From Gemmatimonadales bacterium (GTDB lineage: Bacteria > Gemmatimonadota > Gemmatimonadetes > Gemmatimonadales > GWC2-71-9), in contig OZ252244.1 in assembly GCA_965249575.1 (NCBI GenBank), forward strand, positions 2,560,001 through 2,624,000: DNA of 64,000 nt, written 5' to 3'. The notes beneath the pieces are model-generated. The model saw nothing but the letters and a program-made list of their open reading frames with translations. It was not told the origin of the DNA and searched no databases. A program made the translations under genes and the position numbers. Of this stretch, positions 1-9,272 are shown one piece after another. The first letter of the stretch is position 1; each line of letters begins with the position of its first letter.

Positions 1-111
1 CTCGATCAGTTGGACCGCGTCGTTGGCCGCGTCGGGGACGGCGTCGGTGCCTTCCGTCGCCTCGACCGCGACGACGAGCGCCTGAATCTTTTGGATTTGT
101 GTCTGCGGCAT
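1..111 (-). CDS. Probable phage tail tube/major tail protein, 5' part only
   Basis: GGAGG RBS then ATG at 111, reading MPQTQIQKIQALVVAVEATEGTDAVPDAANDAVQLIE; follows the tail-terminator position; runs off the window. Confidence 0.55.
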   Translation of the reverse strand, partial: MPQTQIQKIQALVVAVEATEGTDAVPDAANDAVQLIE

Positions 112-114
112 GGC

Positions 115-648
115 CTATCCTCCAGGGGTGGTGTCGCTGACGCGCCACCCCGTCAGAATCCCCCCAACGACGAAGACATCCTCATGCGGCGCGGCCGCTG
201 GGAGGAGATCGATCGACGTGATTCCACCCAAGGTCACGTTGTGCCTCGTGCGCGACGCCGCATTGGTGGGGTCCTCGAGGGTGTACAACGACTGCAGGAC
301 GGCCCGTGCGGTGTATTCCCACTCTCGGAGCCCCACCTTCGTGTCGTCCTTCCGGATCGCATACCCGATCGCGACCGGGAAGCTGAGCGCGACCCACTTG
401 TCATTGCGAATGCTGACATCGAGCGCGAACCGGTCGTGGACCGTGACCGTGAGGGCCGGGTAGTGCTTGGGATCCTGTGGGAACCGGTCACGCGCGACCT
501 CGCTGTTCCGCGTCTCCGCCAGGATGCTTTGGATGTCCGGCGGCCGGATGTCGCCGCTCAGGATGTCCACGCCGGTCAGCTTCGCGTTCACGCCATTGGT
601 CGCGTCGTCGAGCCACTCGGCGATCAGGTCGACCGTTTCGACGATCAT
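115..648 (-). CDS. Phage tail completion/terminator-like protein (177 aa)
   Basis: Size and position after the head-tail joining gene; ATGA overlap with the upstream gene. Confidence 0.55.
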   Translation of the reverse strand: MIVETVDLIAEWLDDATNGVNAKLTGVDILSGDIRPPDIQSILAETRNSEVARDRFPQDPKHYPALTVTVHDRFALDVSIRNDKWVALSFPVAIGYAIRKDDTKVGLREWEYTARAVLQSLYTLEDPTNAASRTRHNVTLGGITSIDLLPAAAPHEDVFVVGGILTGWRVSDTTPGG

Positions 649-962
649 GCATCGGCCAGGGTGATCCGGGTCAGCGCGCCATCGGGTGGCTCGCGCTTAC
701 GCTCCCGAATCGCGTAGGTCCGGCCATCGACGGTGATCGGCTTGTCGACCTCGAGGTCGCGCAGGGCCCCGGTGCGGATGAGCAGGGTCTGCTCGCGCTG
801 GACGATCGTCATGCCGGGCTCGAGCGATTCCACAACGTCTTGGTCCTCGATCGTCCCACGCACCGTCTGTGTGCCGTACGTGACATCGACGCCTATCAGC
901 GGATCGGCGACCATGGCGTCGAGATCGGCACCGAAGTCGTAGCTCGTCACCGGACGTTCCAT
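645..962 (-). CDS. Phage head-tail joining protein (lambda gpFII-like)
   Basis: 105 aa with the pattern ITVDGRTYAIRE..PPDGALTRITL; synteny. Confidence 0.7.
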   Translation of the reverse strand: MERPVTSYDFGADLDAMVADPLIGVDVTYGTQTVRGTIEDQDVVESLEPGMTIVQREQTLLIRTGALRDLEVDKPITVDGRTYAIRERKREPPDGALTRITLADA

Positions 963-1153
963 TTCTTCCTACGCTTCCGCGGCTTCACCTTCGGGGGGGG
1001 CTCAGGTTCGATCTCGGCCGTGAGCCGGTTCGGGCCGACTCCCGGGGTGTCTGGAAGCTCCGCGCGGCCATCGGCCACGAGTCGTCTGGCCACATGGACC
1101 GGGAACTCCCGGAGCTCCCCCGCGTACGCCCCCACCGTACTACGCACCATCAT
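947..1153 (-). CDS. Small phage hypothetical protein (68 aa)
   Basis: Overlaps both neighbours; basic C-terminus. Confidence 0.6.
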   Translation of the reverse strand: MMVRSTVGAYAGELREFPVHVARRLVADGRAELPDTPGVGPNRLTAEIEPEPPPKVKPRKRRKKWNVR

Positions 1154-1370
1154 CAGGTCCGCTTGCTCCAGATCCGGACGTAGTCCAGGAGCAGCGTGCC
1201 CCGGCCCGCACCTGCGCCCTTGTCGAGCGAGAAGTAGGGCTGCATGACCGCTTCGGCGTCGGTCAGGTTCGACATGTCAAATGTCGTCCCATCGGCAACG
1301 CGCGCGCCGTGGATGTAGAACAACCCATCGGCGAGTGTGTCGCGGTATGGTGACGTGCTTTGGTTGTCAT
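1153..1370 (-). pseudogene. Internally deleted, frameshifted phage virion gene (beta-sandwich-like C-terminus)
   Basis: RBS AGGGGGAG + ATG (MTTKARH) at 1370; another frame reads LFYIHGARVADGTTFDMSNLTDAEAVMQPYFSLDKGAGAGRGTLLLDYVRIWSKRT* and its stop overlaps the next ATG. Confidence 0.6.
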
Positions 1371-1447
1371 GTCTCCCCCTCGACCGCGACCGATGCCCCG
1401 CTTACTGGGCCCCGCCGCGATGCGACGATCACGGTGAGAAGTTGTAC

Positions 1448-1474
1448 GGTGAGCGGGGCGTCGCCCCGCTCACC
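1448..1474 (-). terminator. Strong stem-loop after the capsid and post-capsid genes (terminator or mRNA stabiliser)
   Basis: Perfect inverted repeat GGTGAGCGGGGCG-T-CGCCCCGCTCACC; U-tract weak. Confidence 0.55.
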
Positions 1475-1487
1475 ACCTCACGACGTT

Positions 1488-1961
1488 TTAGGCTACCGCC
1501 GTCGCCGGCGTCGCCTGTCCGTACCTCGGGCCGAACACCCGAATGTGGATGCCGCCCACGAGTGCCGCGTTGACCGACTCGACGCATACGCATCGCGCGT
1601 ACCCGTACCCGTCGGCCGCCAACGCTTGCGCATTGATCACGCACTCGTACCGTTGGCTCGACCCGGGCGTTGTCGTGAAGCCGGTCGCCGTAGCTGCCGT
1701 GATCGCGCCTGGCGTGTCCGCTGACGTGTATCGTCGATAGTTGAACGCGACCGCGTTGGTCGTGGTCGGCACCGCGTCGTCACATGCCTCAATCGTGATC
1801 GTGGTCGTGCCGGTCGTGCCGACCCCCCAAAAGATGGTAAACAAACACCAATGCCACGCCTCGAGGTTCACGACGTCCGAGTTGACGGTCCCCGAGAACG
1901 CATCGGCTACCGGGTCGAGGCCGGTGACAAGGTGCGTGCCGTTGAGCGGGTTGCCATGCAT
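1488..1961 (-). CDS. Phage structural protein after the major capsid (possible decoration/cement protein)
   Basis: 157 aa, Thr/Ala/Gly-rich; AAAGGA RBS; position directly after the capsid gene. Confidence 0.6.
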   Translation of the reverse strand: MHGNPLNGTHLVTGLDPVADAFSGTVNSDVVNLEAWHWCLFTIFWGVGTTGTTTITIEACDDAVPTTTNAVAFNYRRYTSADTPGAITAATATGFTTTPGSSQRYECVINAQALAADGYGYARCVCVESVNAALVGGIHIRVFGPRYGQATPATAVA

Positions 1962-1994
1962 TGCACTTCTGTCCTTTCTCCGGTCGGCCCGGGG

Positions 1995-4409
1995 TTAGGC
2001 GCGGGTTGCCAGCGCGACGAACGGGCTGAGCGTGTTCGTCCCGTTCTTGGGGGTGAGCGCCGAGTTCCAGGCCGGCTGGCCGTCGATGCGCATGGTGAAG
2101 CGGAAGATCTGCTCTTCTTGCAGGAACCGGACGTGAATGGACACCGCCCGGTTGACCCCGCCTTTGTCGATCACCTCGTACTGACTGAGATCCACGAACA
2201 GGATGTCGCCGACGGTCCCGAGGGTCGCACAGTACTCGACCGCGAAGAGCGGCCGGCCCATCAGCGTGTTGAACGGCGCGCCGCTCACCCCACCAGCCGG
2301 CATGAAGACCGCCTGACCACCACCCGTCCCGACCGTGAGCCCCATCGTGAAGAGCTGGGGTTCAATGTCTTGGTTGATGAGCCACACCGCACTACTCCGC
2401 GACCGGGCCCACATCCGCGCGTACATGTTGACGATGTTCTCGACCTGGATGGTCGCGGCGGTCTGGCTAGTCTCCTTCGCCACAGCGATCAAGGCCGGTG
2501 CGTTGAGGATGCCCAGTGGCATGCCGGCACCCGTCCCGTTGACCACGGCGTCTTCCGCTTTGAAGTTCAATTCGAGGGGGACGACGCGATCGACCGTCGA
2601 CGCCAAGGCCGTGGTATCCACCAGCAGCTCGTCGGTGGCGTAGACGGCCGCGTGGACCTTGTTCAGCTTGAGGTGGATTTCCGCGAACGTCGGGGCGCTG
2701 GCCGTGATGGTCGATGCCTCCGCACCCCAGTAGCCCCGCACCCCACCGAATCGGGACCCATCCGCCCGGCTGGTCTCGTTGATCCCGTGCTTCTTCAGAC
2801 TGTTGGAATGAGGACCGATAGGGGTTCGGGTCGTGCGATTCAACACCTCGCCGCTCTCGTACACCCGTTCCAGCATGCCACTCGCGATCGTGGGCTGCAC
2901 AAGGTAGCCGCCATCCGAGTCGATGCCTTCGCTGGTTCCGGTCGCGGCCTTGAGGTCGAGCAGCCGCGGATCCGTCCGTGCGGGAGACACCGCGGCCGTC
3001 CGCACGGCGACGAGTTGTTCCGTGAGCGATGCGAAGGGTCTGTCGAGTTCGCGATCCTTGATGCCGGTGACGGGCGGTGGATCTTTCGTGCCCTCCGCCG
3101 CCGGTTGCGTGATGGGGATCGGCTTCATCCCCTCGAGGATGTCGGCGCGGACCTGATCGATGCGGGCACCCGTCTCAATCCATGCGGTGATCCGATCCTG
3201 GTCGATCGTGTGCCGTGCGCCGAGCTGTGTGATGATGCTCACCCGCTCGCGCTCGGCCTTCAGCACGTCCTCGGTCTTCGGGGCCCCTGCCGGGGCCGCA
3301 ACCGTGTCTTCCTTCACTGTGCGGTCCTCCTGGTTATCGGCCGTGCGAGGGGCCGGGGTATCCTGCGTCCGTAGTGACGCGGAGAGTTGATGCGGTCGGA
3401 GTCGGAGCCCAGACAACGCGTCGGCTCCTGTAATGGTCTGTCCGGCAAGGCCGATGAGGTGTTCGGTGGCCAAGAACTCGATCGCGCGAGGACTGACGGC
3501 CGCGATCGGGACCGGTGTAGAGCGGGCCATGACCATCCGACGCCGAGCCCCCTGTGTCCCTTGGAGCCGCTCGACGACGTCCTCGAAGCTGCCGAGGCGG
3601 TCCGCGAGGCCCTCGGCCACTGCCGTCTCGCCAACCAACACCCCCCCGCGACCGTACTTCGTGAGCACGGTTTTCTCTGGCACGCCCCGATTTTCGGCAA
3701 CCGCCGCAATAAAGACGCTGGCGACTTGATCCACGATCGCTTGAATGCGGGCCCGGCCATCCTTGGTCAGCGGATCGATGCCCTTGTTCGGGGTTTGGCT
3801 GGAGACGATCTCAATGACGCGGACCCCTTCCGCCTCCTCCGCAGCCCGGGTGTCCACGAACGTCATGATGGCTCCGATCGATCCCAGCAACGCGGTATCA
3901 GCCGCCACGATCTCATCGGCGGCCGAGGCCAACCAATAGGCGGCGGACCCTCCGAGGCCCCCGATGTAGGCGACGATCGGCTTGAGGCCACGCTGCGCGG
4001 CAATCATTCGCGCCAGCTCCGAGACGCCGTTCACTTCGCCGCCGGGGCTGTCGATGTTCAGCAGGATCGCGCGCACGTCCTCGTTTTGCACCGCTTCGGT
4101 GAAGTCCATTGCGAGCGTCTGGTAGGATGTTGCCCCACTCACCTCGGTGAACATGTTGGCGTAGCGGAAGAGCGGGCCAGCGACTGACAGCACCGCCACG
4201 CCATCACGCACAGCGACCTGGTCGGTGTTCTCAAGGTTCTCTCCGAGCCGCGCCTCGATCGCCTTGACGGATTCGTTGCTTCGGTTGACGATCGCGAGGA
4301 TGGTCTCAAGCGCCTCGGGGGTGATGGCCCACGGGGTCCCGAGCGCGAAGTCCAGCACCCGCCGCGCCGGCTTCCGACTACCGACCGTCAGTTCCAGCTG
4401 ATCGCTCAT
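1995..4409 (-). CDS. S49 prohead protease fused to HK97-fold major capsid protein
   Basis: N-terminal S49 motifs (LNIDSPGGEV, SAAYWLASAADEI, GSIG); C-terminal capsid motifs (DGGYLVQP, VVNGTGAGMPLGILNA, FRFTMRIDGQP). Confidence 0.92.
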   Translation of the reverse strand: MSDQLELTVGSRKPARRVLDFALGTPWAITPEALETILAIVNRSNESVKAIEARLGENLENTDQVAVRDGVAVLSVAGPLFRYANMFTEVSGATSYQTLAMDFTEAVQNEDVRAILLNIDSPGGEVNGVSELARMIAAQRGLKPIVAYIGGLGGSAAYWLASAADEIVAADTALLGSIGAIMTFVDTRAAEEAEGVRVIEIVSSQTPNKGIDPLTKDGRARIQAIVDQVASVFIAAVAENRGVPEKTVLTKYGRGGVLVGETAVAEGLADRLGSFEDVVERLQGTQGARRRMVMARSTPVPIAAVSPRAIEFLATEHLIGLAGQTITGADALSGLRLRPHQLSASLRTQDTPAPRTADNQEDRTVKEDTVAAPAGAPKTEDVLKAERERVSIITQLGARHTIDQDRITAWIETGARIDQVRADILEGMKPIPITQPAAEGTKDPPPVTGIKDRELDRPFASLTEQLVAVRTAAVSPARTDPRLLDLKAATGTSEGIDSDGGYLVQPTIASGMLERVYESGEVLNRTTRTPIGPHSNSLKKHGINETSRADGSRFGGVRGYWGAEASTITASAPTFAEIHLKLNKVHAAVYATDELLVDTTALASTVDRVVPLELNFKAEDAVVNGTGAGMPLGILNAPALIAVAKETSQTAATIQVENIVNMYARMWARSRSSAVWLINQDIEPQLFTMGLTVGTGGGQAVFMPAGGVSGAPFNTLMGRPLFAVEYCATLGTVGDILFVDLSQYEVIDKGGVNRAVSIHVRFLQEEQIFRFTMRIDGQPAWNSALTPKNGTNTLSPFVALATRA

Positions 4410-5947
4410 TCGAACACTTCCTCGAGATTCTGCGTCCAGAGGGGCTCAAACCCGCGGAGCCGGCCGCTCCCGTTTCGCGTCGGCGTGTCGTCCTCGATCT
4501 CCTCGGTGTCCGCATCTGATTCCGGATCAGGTGAGCCACTCGCAGCCCCAGCAATCGCGATCCCCTTCTCCTTCGCGAGGGCCTGCTCCGCCTTGAGATC
4601 GTCGAACACTTCCTCAAGGTCGCGGCCCTGCTCGCCCACCACGCGCTTGCGGGAATCGAAGCCCTGCTCGACCGCGAGGACGGAGGCCTGGATATCCTTC
4701 AGCGGATCCACCCACGGCCACCCACGCGGTTGCCACTCGACGCGGAAGTACTCGGGCGTCTGCAACCGAAGGTCGAGCTGGCCGGAGAGGAGGCCCATCT
4801 CGACCCAGGCCGCGTAGACGCGGCGATGCAGGTGCTCAATCAGCCACTGTTGGTGCCAGCGGTAGCCGTCGCGCTCGTCTAAGAGGCCGGCGCGGATGCT
4901 CGAGAAGTTGATGGAGCTCAAGTCGTTCGTGAGGGACGTGTAGCTCACCCCCAGCCCGGTGGCGATCGAGCGCAGCATCGCGCTCGAGAAGTCCTTGAAG
5001 GCAGCGTTTGGGTGTTGGGGATCCCAGGGCGTGAACTGCATCCCTGGGGGGAGCTCATCGAACACCCCAGGCTCGGCATCCATCGTGAGCTTCTTCGCGT
5101 CCGGACCCGGCGGCTGCCCGTTCTCGCCGTCCGACGTAAAGAAGCCGCCTTTCGCTGCGGCGATGCGAGACGCGACCAGCTCGGCCTCGTAATACCCGCG
5201 GAGCATGTTGAGATCGAGCATGACCGGCGCGAGCCAGGTCACCCCGCGTGTTTGGTTCACCCGATACGGATCGTAGAGGTGAATGATCTGATCCGCCGGC
5301 ACGCGGATGCGCTCGCGGGAACCCAGTTCGGACGGATGAGTCGCGAAGAGGTGGTACGCGACCGGCTCGCCCCAGTCGTTGACCTCGACCCCCATCCGGA
5401 TCTCGTTCCCCTCGGATGATCCGCGGGGCCGATTGAGCGTGTGATCGAGGAGGTCGGGGTCGATCGGTTGGAGGGCAAACGCGAAGGGATTCTCGAACCC
5501 GCGAACCAGACGGACGAGGGCCTCGCCATCCTGGGCGACGGTCGCGATGAGCAGGGACTGGAGTCCACGCCACGAGAGCCGGCGATCGACGCTCGCATGC
5601 TCAGGCTTCCCCCATTCCGCCCAGCTCGCCTCAATGCGCCGGTTGATCGTGTCCCGTGGAAGCCCCTGCGCGTTCTGGAGCCGTGCCTGGAGTCTGACCC
5701 CCTTGTGGCCCACCACGTTGTTCCGGAGCAGCTGGATGTACCGGCGCCCCCAGGACGTATTGCGGACGAGCTCCCGGGCGCGGCCGCGCAACGTGAGCAG
5801 ATCGCCACGGATCTCTTGGTCAGCGGAGAGATGGGACCATACCCAATCGAGGAGGAGCCGGTTCGAGTCAGCGGCCGACCAGGACGACGCCCGCAGCCCC
5901 GACTTTCGCTGGAGGCCGAGCCAACCGACCGCTCGGTCAAGCCACAC
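4406..5947 (-). CDS. Phage portal protein, lambda family
   Basis: LRGRARELVRN, QTRGVTWLAP, NFSSIRAGLL and WVDPLKD motifs of lambda gpB-type portals. Confidence 0.93.
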   Translation of the reverse strand: MWLDRAVGWLGLQRKSGLRASSWSAADSNRLLLDWVWSHLSADQEIRGDLLTLRGRARELVRNTSWGRRYIQLLRNNVVGHKGVRLQARLQNAQGLPRDTINRRIEASWAEWGKPEHASVDRRLSWRGLQSLLIATVAQDGEALVRLVRGFENPFAFALQPIDPDLLDHTLNRPRGSSEGNEIRMGVEVNDWGEPVAYHLFATHPSELGSRERIRVPADQIIHLYDPYRVNQTRGVTWLAPVMLDLNMLRGYYEAELVASRIAAAKGGFFTSDGENGQPPGPDAKKLTMDAEPGVFDELPPGMQFTPWDPQHPNAAFKDFSSAMLRSIATGLGVSYTSLTNDLSSINFSSIRAGLLDERDGYRWHQQWLIEHLHRRVYAAWVEMGLLSGQLDLRLQTPEYFRVEWQPRGWPWVDPLKDIQASVLAVEQGFDSRKRVVGEQGRDLEEVFDDLKAEQALAKEKGIAIAGAASGSPDPESDADTEEIEDDTPTRNGSGRLRGFEPLWTQNLEEVFE

Positions 5948-6521
5948 GGGGAAACCTTGCCTTCACCTGTTGACCCACCCGTCCGGTCCGCTCACGCAGG
6001 ACCATCGCGGCGTATTTGCCACGGAGCCCGTACAGCTCGCGGATCGGGATCTTGCTGACCGACCGCCCGCCCACCGAGTACGACTCCATGTCCACCGAGA
6101 ACCGGCCCTCGATCACCGCCTCGATCACCGCCAGGGTGCGCTCCGCGTGGCTCTGGTAGTCGCCGGCGCGCGCCTCGCGTGGGTTCTTCCGGGCAAAGAC
6201 CCGGCTAATCGAGATCGTCTCTTCACGGCCGGCATACGTGCCACTGCCCACCATCCGGCCAACGAGCGTGTAGAGTCCCTCGCTCACCTGATCGGTGGTA
6301 GCCAAGGCTTCCGAAATCAGCCAGTGGTTCTGGTCGTCGCCGGACGTCTGCCAAACACCCGTGATGGTGAGCGGCTTATCGATGCCACCGAGTTCGTACG
6401 TGAGGGTCCAGCCCTCGGACTGTGGGTAGTCGGCGAGGTCGGCGATCCGCCAGCGCCAGCTATCGCCAGCGACGACTTCGGACGGAACGCCGGTCGGCGT
6501 GATAGGGACCATGGGGTGCAT
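5937..6521 (-). CDS. Head-tail adaptor; gpW-like C-terminal domain with an N-terminal extension
   Basis: Between terL and portal; C-terminal IEAVIEG..ESYSVGGRSVSKIPIREL resembles gpW-like proteins. Confidence 0.65.
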   Translation of the reverse strand: MHPMVPITPTGVPSEVVAGDSWRWRIADLADYPQSEGWTLTYELGGIDKPLTITGVWQTSGDDQNHWLISEALATTDQVSEGLYTLVGRMVGSGTYAGREETISISRVFARKNPREARAGDYQSHAERTLAVIEAVIEGRFSVDMESYSVGGRSVSKIPIRELYGLRGKYAAMVLRERTGRVGQQVKARFPRVA

Positions 6522-6565
6522 AGTGAGTGCCCCCCGAATACGGACAAAGGGTTAGGAAGCGTGAG

Positions 6566-6587
6566 AGGGTGACAACGCTGTCACCCT
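6566..6587. promoter_or_regulatory. Palindromic operator-like site, copy 1
   Basis: AGGGTGACA-ACGC-TGTCACCCT; same arms as 10095-10116; 45 nt upstream of the gpW-like start. Confidence 0.6.
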
Positions 6588-8485
6588 TACCGCCAGCGAT
6601 TCACCCAGCGATTCGACCGGCGGCGGCCTTTTGGTGCCTCGGTGGGTTCCGTGGGGGTAGCCTCTTCGCCCTCCACTGGCTCTTCCTTTTTCCCCGACGC
6701 GTCGACATGGGCCACCCACCGACCCAGCTGCTCCGTAACCCCACGTCCTAGCGCGTGAAGCGCCGCGAGTGAGAGGCAGTACAGATCGATCGCTTCGTTC
6801 CGGTCACGAACGAGTTGGTAATCTCGGATTCTGACGCCCTTCTTGAAACGAGTCACGACCTTTTCGGCTCCAAATTGGGCGAGATATTCGCCGTCAGCAC
6901 CGTCCTCTTGGGCGAGGGGGAAGTGGAGATAGCCGGGTCCTGGTGCCTGGATCCGGAGCCTCAAGAAGAGCGCGTCCTTCGCCGTGTCCGTGCCGATCGG
7001 CCAGACCCGCACGCCATGGCGATTGACGCGGCTTGGCTTCCCAATCAACGGCCGGCCGCGCTCCGAGGAGCCCTTCGTCGCGTGCACGCCACGCTGTTGA
7101 CGCGGTCGCACGAAGCGATAGACCGCGTGGGTGAAGGCACCCGAGTCGATCGCGCAGGCGCGGATCCGAAGGCTCGCCCCGTGCTCGTGCCGGTATGGTT
7201 TCGTCACGAGGGCCTCGAGGCGTTGCCAGACCTCCTGCCGCTCCGGATCTCCGTAGACCCGGTGGTGGGCGATGAGCCAGGATTCCTCGCCCGCCCCCCA
7301 CCCTCTGACCTCGAGCTCCACGCGATCGCCCTGCACATCGACGCCACCCGTGAGCACGCCGACCCCGACCGGCACTTCGGCTGAGTACGCCTCCCGTCGC
7401 GCCTCGAGGCCGGTCGGGTCGATCTGCTCACCTTGCTCTTCCCAGGTCTCGCCGAGCACGGTGTTCACGAAGACCTTGAGCCGCTCGGGGTTCCCCTTCG
7501 CCTCGAGGAACTCGCGCACCAACTCTTCCCACCGGGTCCAGGGCGAGTACAGCGCGTTGAGGTGAAAGCCCGCCGCCCGGGCCCCGCGGTTCTCGCTCAC
7601 CCACGCTCCGCGCTCCAACATCCGCGGCTTGTATATCTCCTCGATCAGCTTCTCACACCCGATGCACTCATATCGCGGGCTCTCCGGCTTGCCGCTCGCC
7701 CACTTGAGCTGCTTCCAGGTCAGTGGCTGCGGATGCCCACAGGAAGGACAGGGCACATGGTAGCGCCGCTGATCGCTTTGCTCCCAGGCATCGTGAATCC
7801 GCGAGGCGCCCTTGACGGTCGGCGTCGACATCAGGATCACTTTCCGGTTCCAGAACGTCGCCGTCCGCTTCACCGCCAGGCTCACCGGATCCCCTTCCGT
7901 CCCCGCGGAGGCGGGATACCGATCGACCTCGTCCGCCGCGACCACGCGAATCGGACGCATGGCGAGGCCCGCCGCGCTGTTCGCGCCCACGATCGTGATG
8001 TGGGCACCCGGGAACCGCTTGTGGAGGATGGTGTTGCCGCTATCGCGCGAGCGCGGCTCGTGGATTTTCCCGCGTAACCGTGGGGTGTCGCGGAGCATCG
8101 GCGCGAGACGGTCGGTGCTCCAGGCGCGCGCCATCTCAAGCGTCGGCTGTAACACCAAGAGCGGCGACGGATCCTGGTCCATGTAATAGCCGATCAGGTT
8201 GTTGATGATCTCCGTCTTCCCCACCTGGGCGCTCGACATCACGACAACCGTCTCAATCAGCGGCTCCGCACAGACGTCCATGATGCCGCGTTGGTAGGGC
8301 GCGCGGCTCGTATGCCACTTCCCCGGCTCCGCAGACGCTTCCCGGGAGAGCATCCGGTAGCGGTCCGCCCATTCGGATGGCGTGAGATCAGGAGGGGGCG
8401 CGAGGCCGCGGCGCAGCACGCTTGCGCGCACGCTTTGCCACGCGCGCTGGGCTCGCTCGCTCGGAACGGCCAGCGGGAACTGCAT
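6587..8485 (-). CDS. Phage terminase large subunit (lambda GpA family)
   Basis: Walker A SSAQVGKT, Walker B VVAADEVD, CPSC..CIGC zinc ribbon, GVDVQ nuclease motif; start taken at ATG 8485 (ORF open to 8569). Confidence 0.95.
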   Translation of the reverse strand: MQFPLAVPSERAQRAWQSVRASVLRRGLAPPPDLTPSEWADRYRMLSREASAEPGKWHTSRAPYQRGIMDVCAEPLIETVVVMSSAQVGKTEIINNLIGYYMDQDPSPLLVLQPTLEMARAWSTDRLAPMLRDTPRLRGKIHEPRSRDSGNTILHKRFPGAHITIVGANSAAGLAMRPIRVVAADEVDRYPASAGTEGDPVSLAVKRTATFWNRKVILMSTPTVKGASRIHDAWEQSDQRRYHVPCPSCGHPQPLTWKQLKWASGKPESPRYECIGCEKLIEEIYKPRMLERGAWVSENRGARAAGFHLNALYSPWTRWEELVREFLEAKGNPERLKVFVNTVLGETWEEQGEQIDPTGLEARREAYSAEVPVGVGVLTGGVDVQGDRVELEVRGWGAGEESWLIAHHRVYGDPERQEVWQRLEALVTKPYRHEHGASLRIRACAIDSGAFTHAVYRFVRPRQQRGVHATKGSSERGRPLIGKPSRVNRHGVRVWPIGTDTAKDALFLRLRIQAPGPGYLHFPLAQEDGADGEYLAQFGAEKVVTRFKKGVRIRDYQLVRDRNEAIDLYCLSLAALHALGRGVTEQLGRWVAHVDASGKKEEPVEGEEATPTEPTEAPKGRRRSNRWVNRWR

Positions 8486-8954
8486 CAAGTTCTGGGTCTT
8501 CACCGGTCTCCGAGAGCGACGCCATGGCTTCGGCAATGGCGGTCTTGAGCATGGCCAGGGCCTCCGCATACGACCGCAGGCCGATGCTCAACGGAGCCAC
8601 CTTGCCCGGGAAGACCGTCAGCTTCGCCCGCAGTCGCTCGCAGATCGCCTCGAGCTGTTGCTGCATGTACGCGAGCGGGACCAGCCGACCCTCTTTCTCC
8701 GCCAACTCCATCTCGGCGAGCTGGCGCTGCACACGCACGAGTGCCGCCCGCTCCTTGTTGAGATCCGCCGGCCGCTCGGCCTCCGCCGCGTCCAGCTTCC
8801 GCCGGAAATACCACGCGACCGCGTCGGCGCCATACAGCACCCGCCGGCCGCGCCTGACCCGCGGGATCCCTTCGACTAACAGATTGTCGATCTGGCGAAC
8901 GGAGAGGCCGAGGAGATCGGCCAGCTCTTTCTTGGTGTGGAGACCGTCGATCAT
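8388..8954 (-). CDS. Phage terminase small subunit (Nu1-like)
   Basis: N-terminal winged HTH (TKKELADLLGLSVRQI), coiled coil, GRLVP motif; overlaps terL. Confidence 0.85.
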   Translation of the reverse strand: MIDGLHTKKELADLLGLSVRQIDNLLVEGIPRVRRGRRVLYGADAVAWYFRRKLDAAEAERPADLNKERAALVRVQRQLAEMELAEKEGRLVPLAYMQQQLEAICERLRAKLTVFPGKVAPLSIGLRSYAEALAMLKTAIAEAMASLSETGEDPELDAVPAGRSERASPARVAKRARKRAAPRPRAPS

Positions 8955-8984
8955 GTAACCGCAACACCGTCACACACTTCTGTC

Positions 8985-9040
8985 GCTAAAAAAATGTTGC
9001 CCTCGCACGAGACCTGCGGTGAAAAGCCCAGGAAGGACCC
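8985..9040 (-). other. Candidate cos packaging site
   Basis: Minus strand GGGTCCT (identical to lambda cosQ) at 9034-9040, then dyad CGCA-N7-TGCG at 9004-9018 and a T-rich tract, just upstream of terS. Confidence 0.55.
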
Positions 9041-9051
9041 GCGACACGTGC

Positions 9052-9270
9052 TCACATGCTCTTCGGTCCATTGCCGATCATCAGCTGGGGTACAACGATC
9101 TTCGAGGCTTGCTGTTGCGCATTCTTGTCACCATTACGATGGATCGTCTCCTTGGCCATCTCAAGCATCGCGTAGCAGACGGCGCGGTTGCCCGGACCTT
9201 GGATGCTGAACTGGTTGAGGCCGGCGTCGCACTCAATCACGAGCCGGAGCTTCGGTTGTGGTCCCGCCAT
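9052..9270 (-). CDS. Phage hypothetical protein (72 aa)
   Basis: GAGG RBS; closely follows the upstream gene. Confidence 0.6.
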   Translation of the reverse strand: MAGPQPKLRLVIECDAGLNQFSIQGPGNRAVCYAMLEMAKETIHRNGDKNAQQQASKIVVPQLMIGNGPKSM

Positions 9271-9272
9271 GG

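Noticed and set aside
1851..3374. 507-aa plus-strand ORF
   Set aside because: Antisense shadow of the capsid gene in GC-rich DNA; no recognisable motifs
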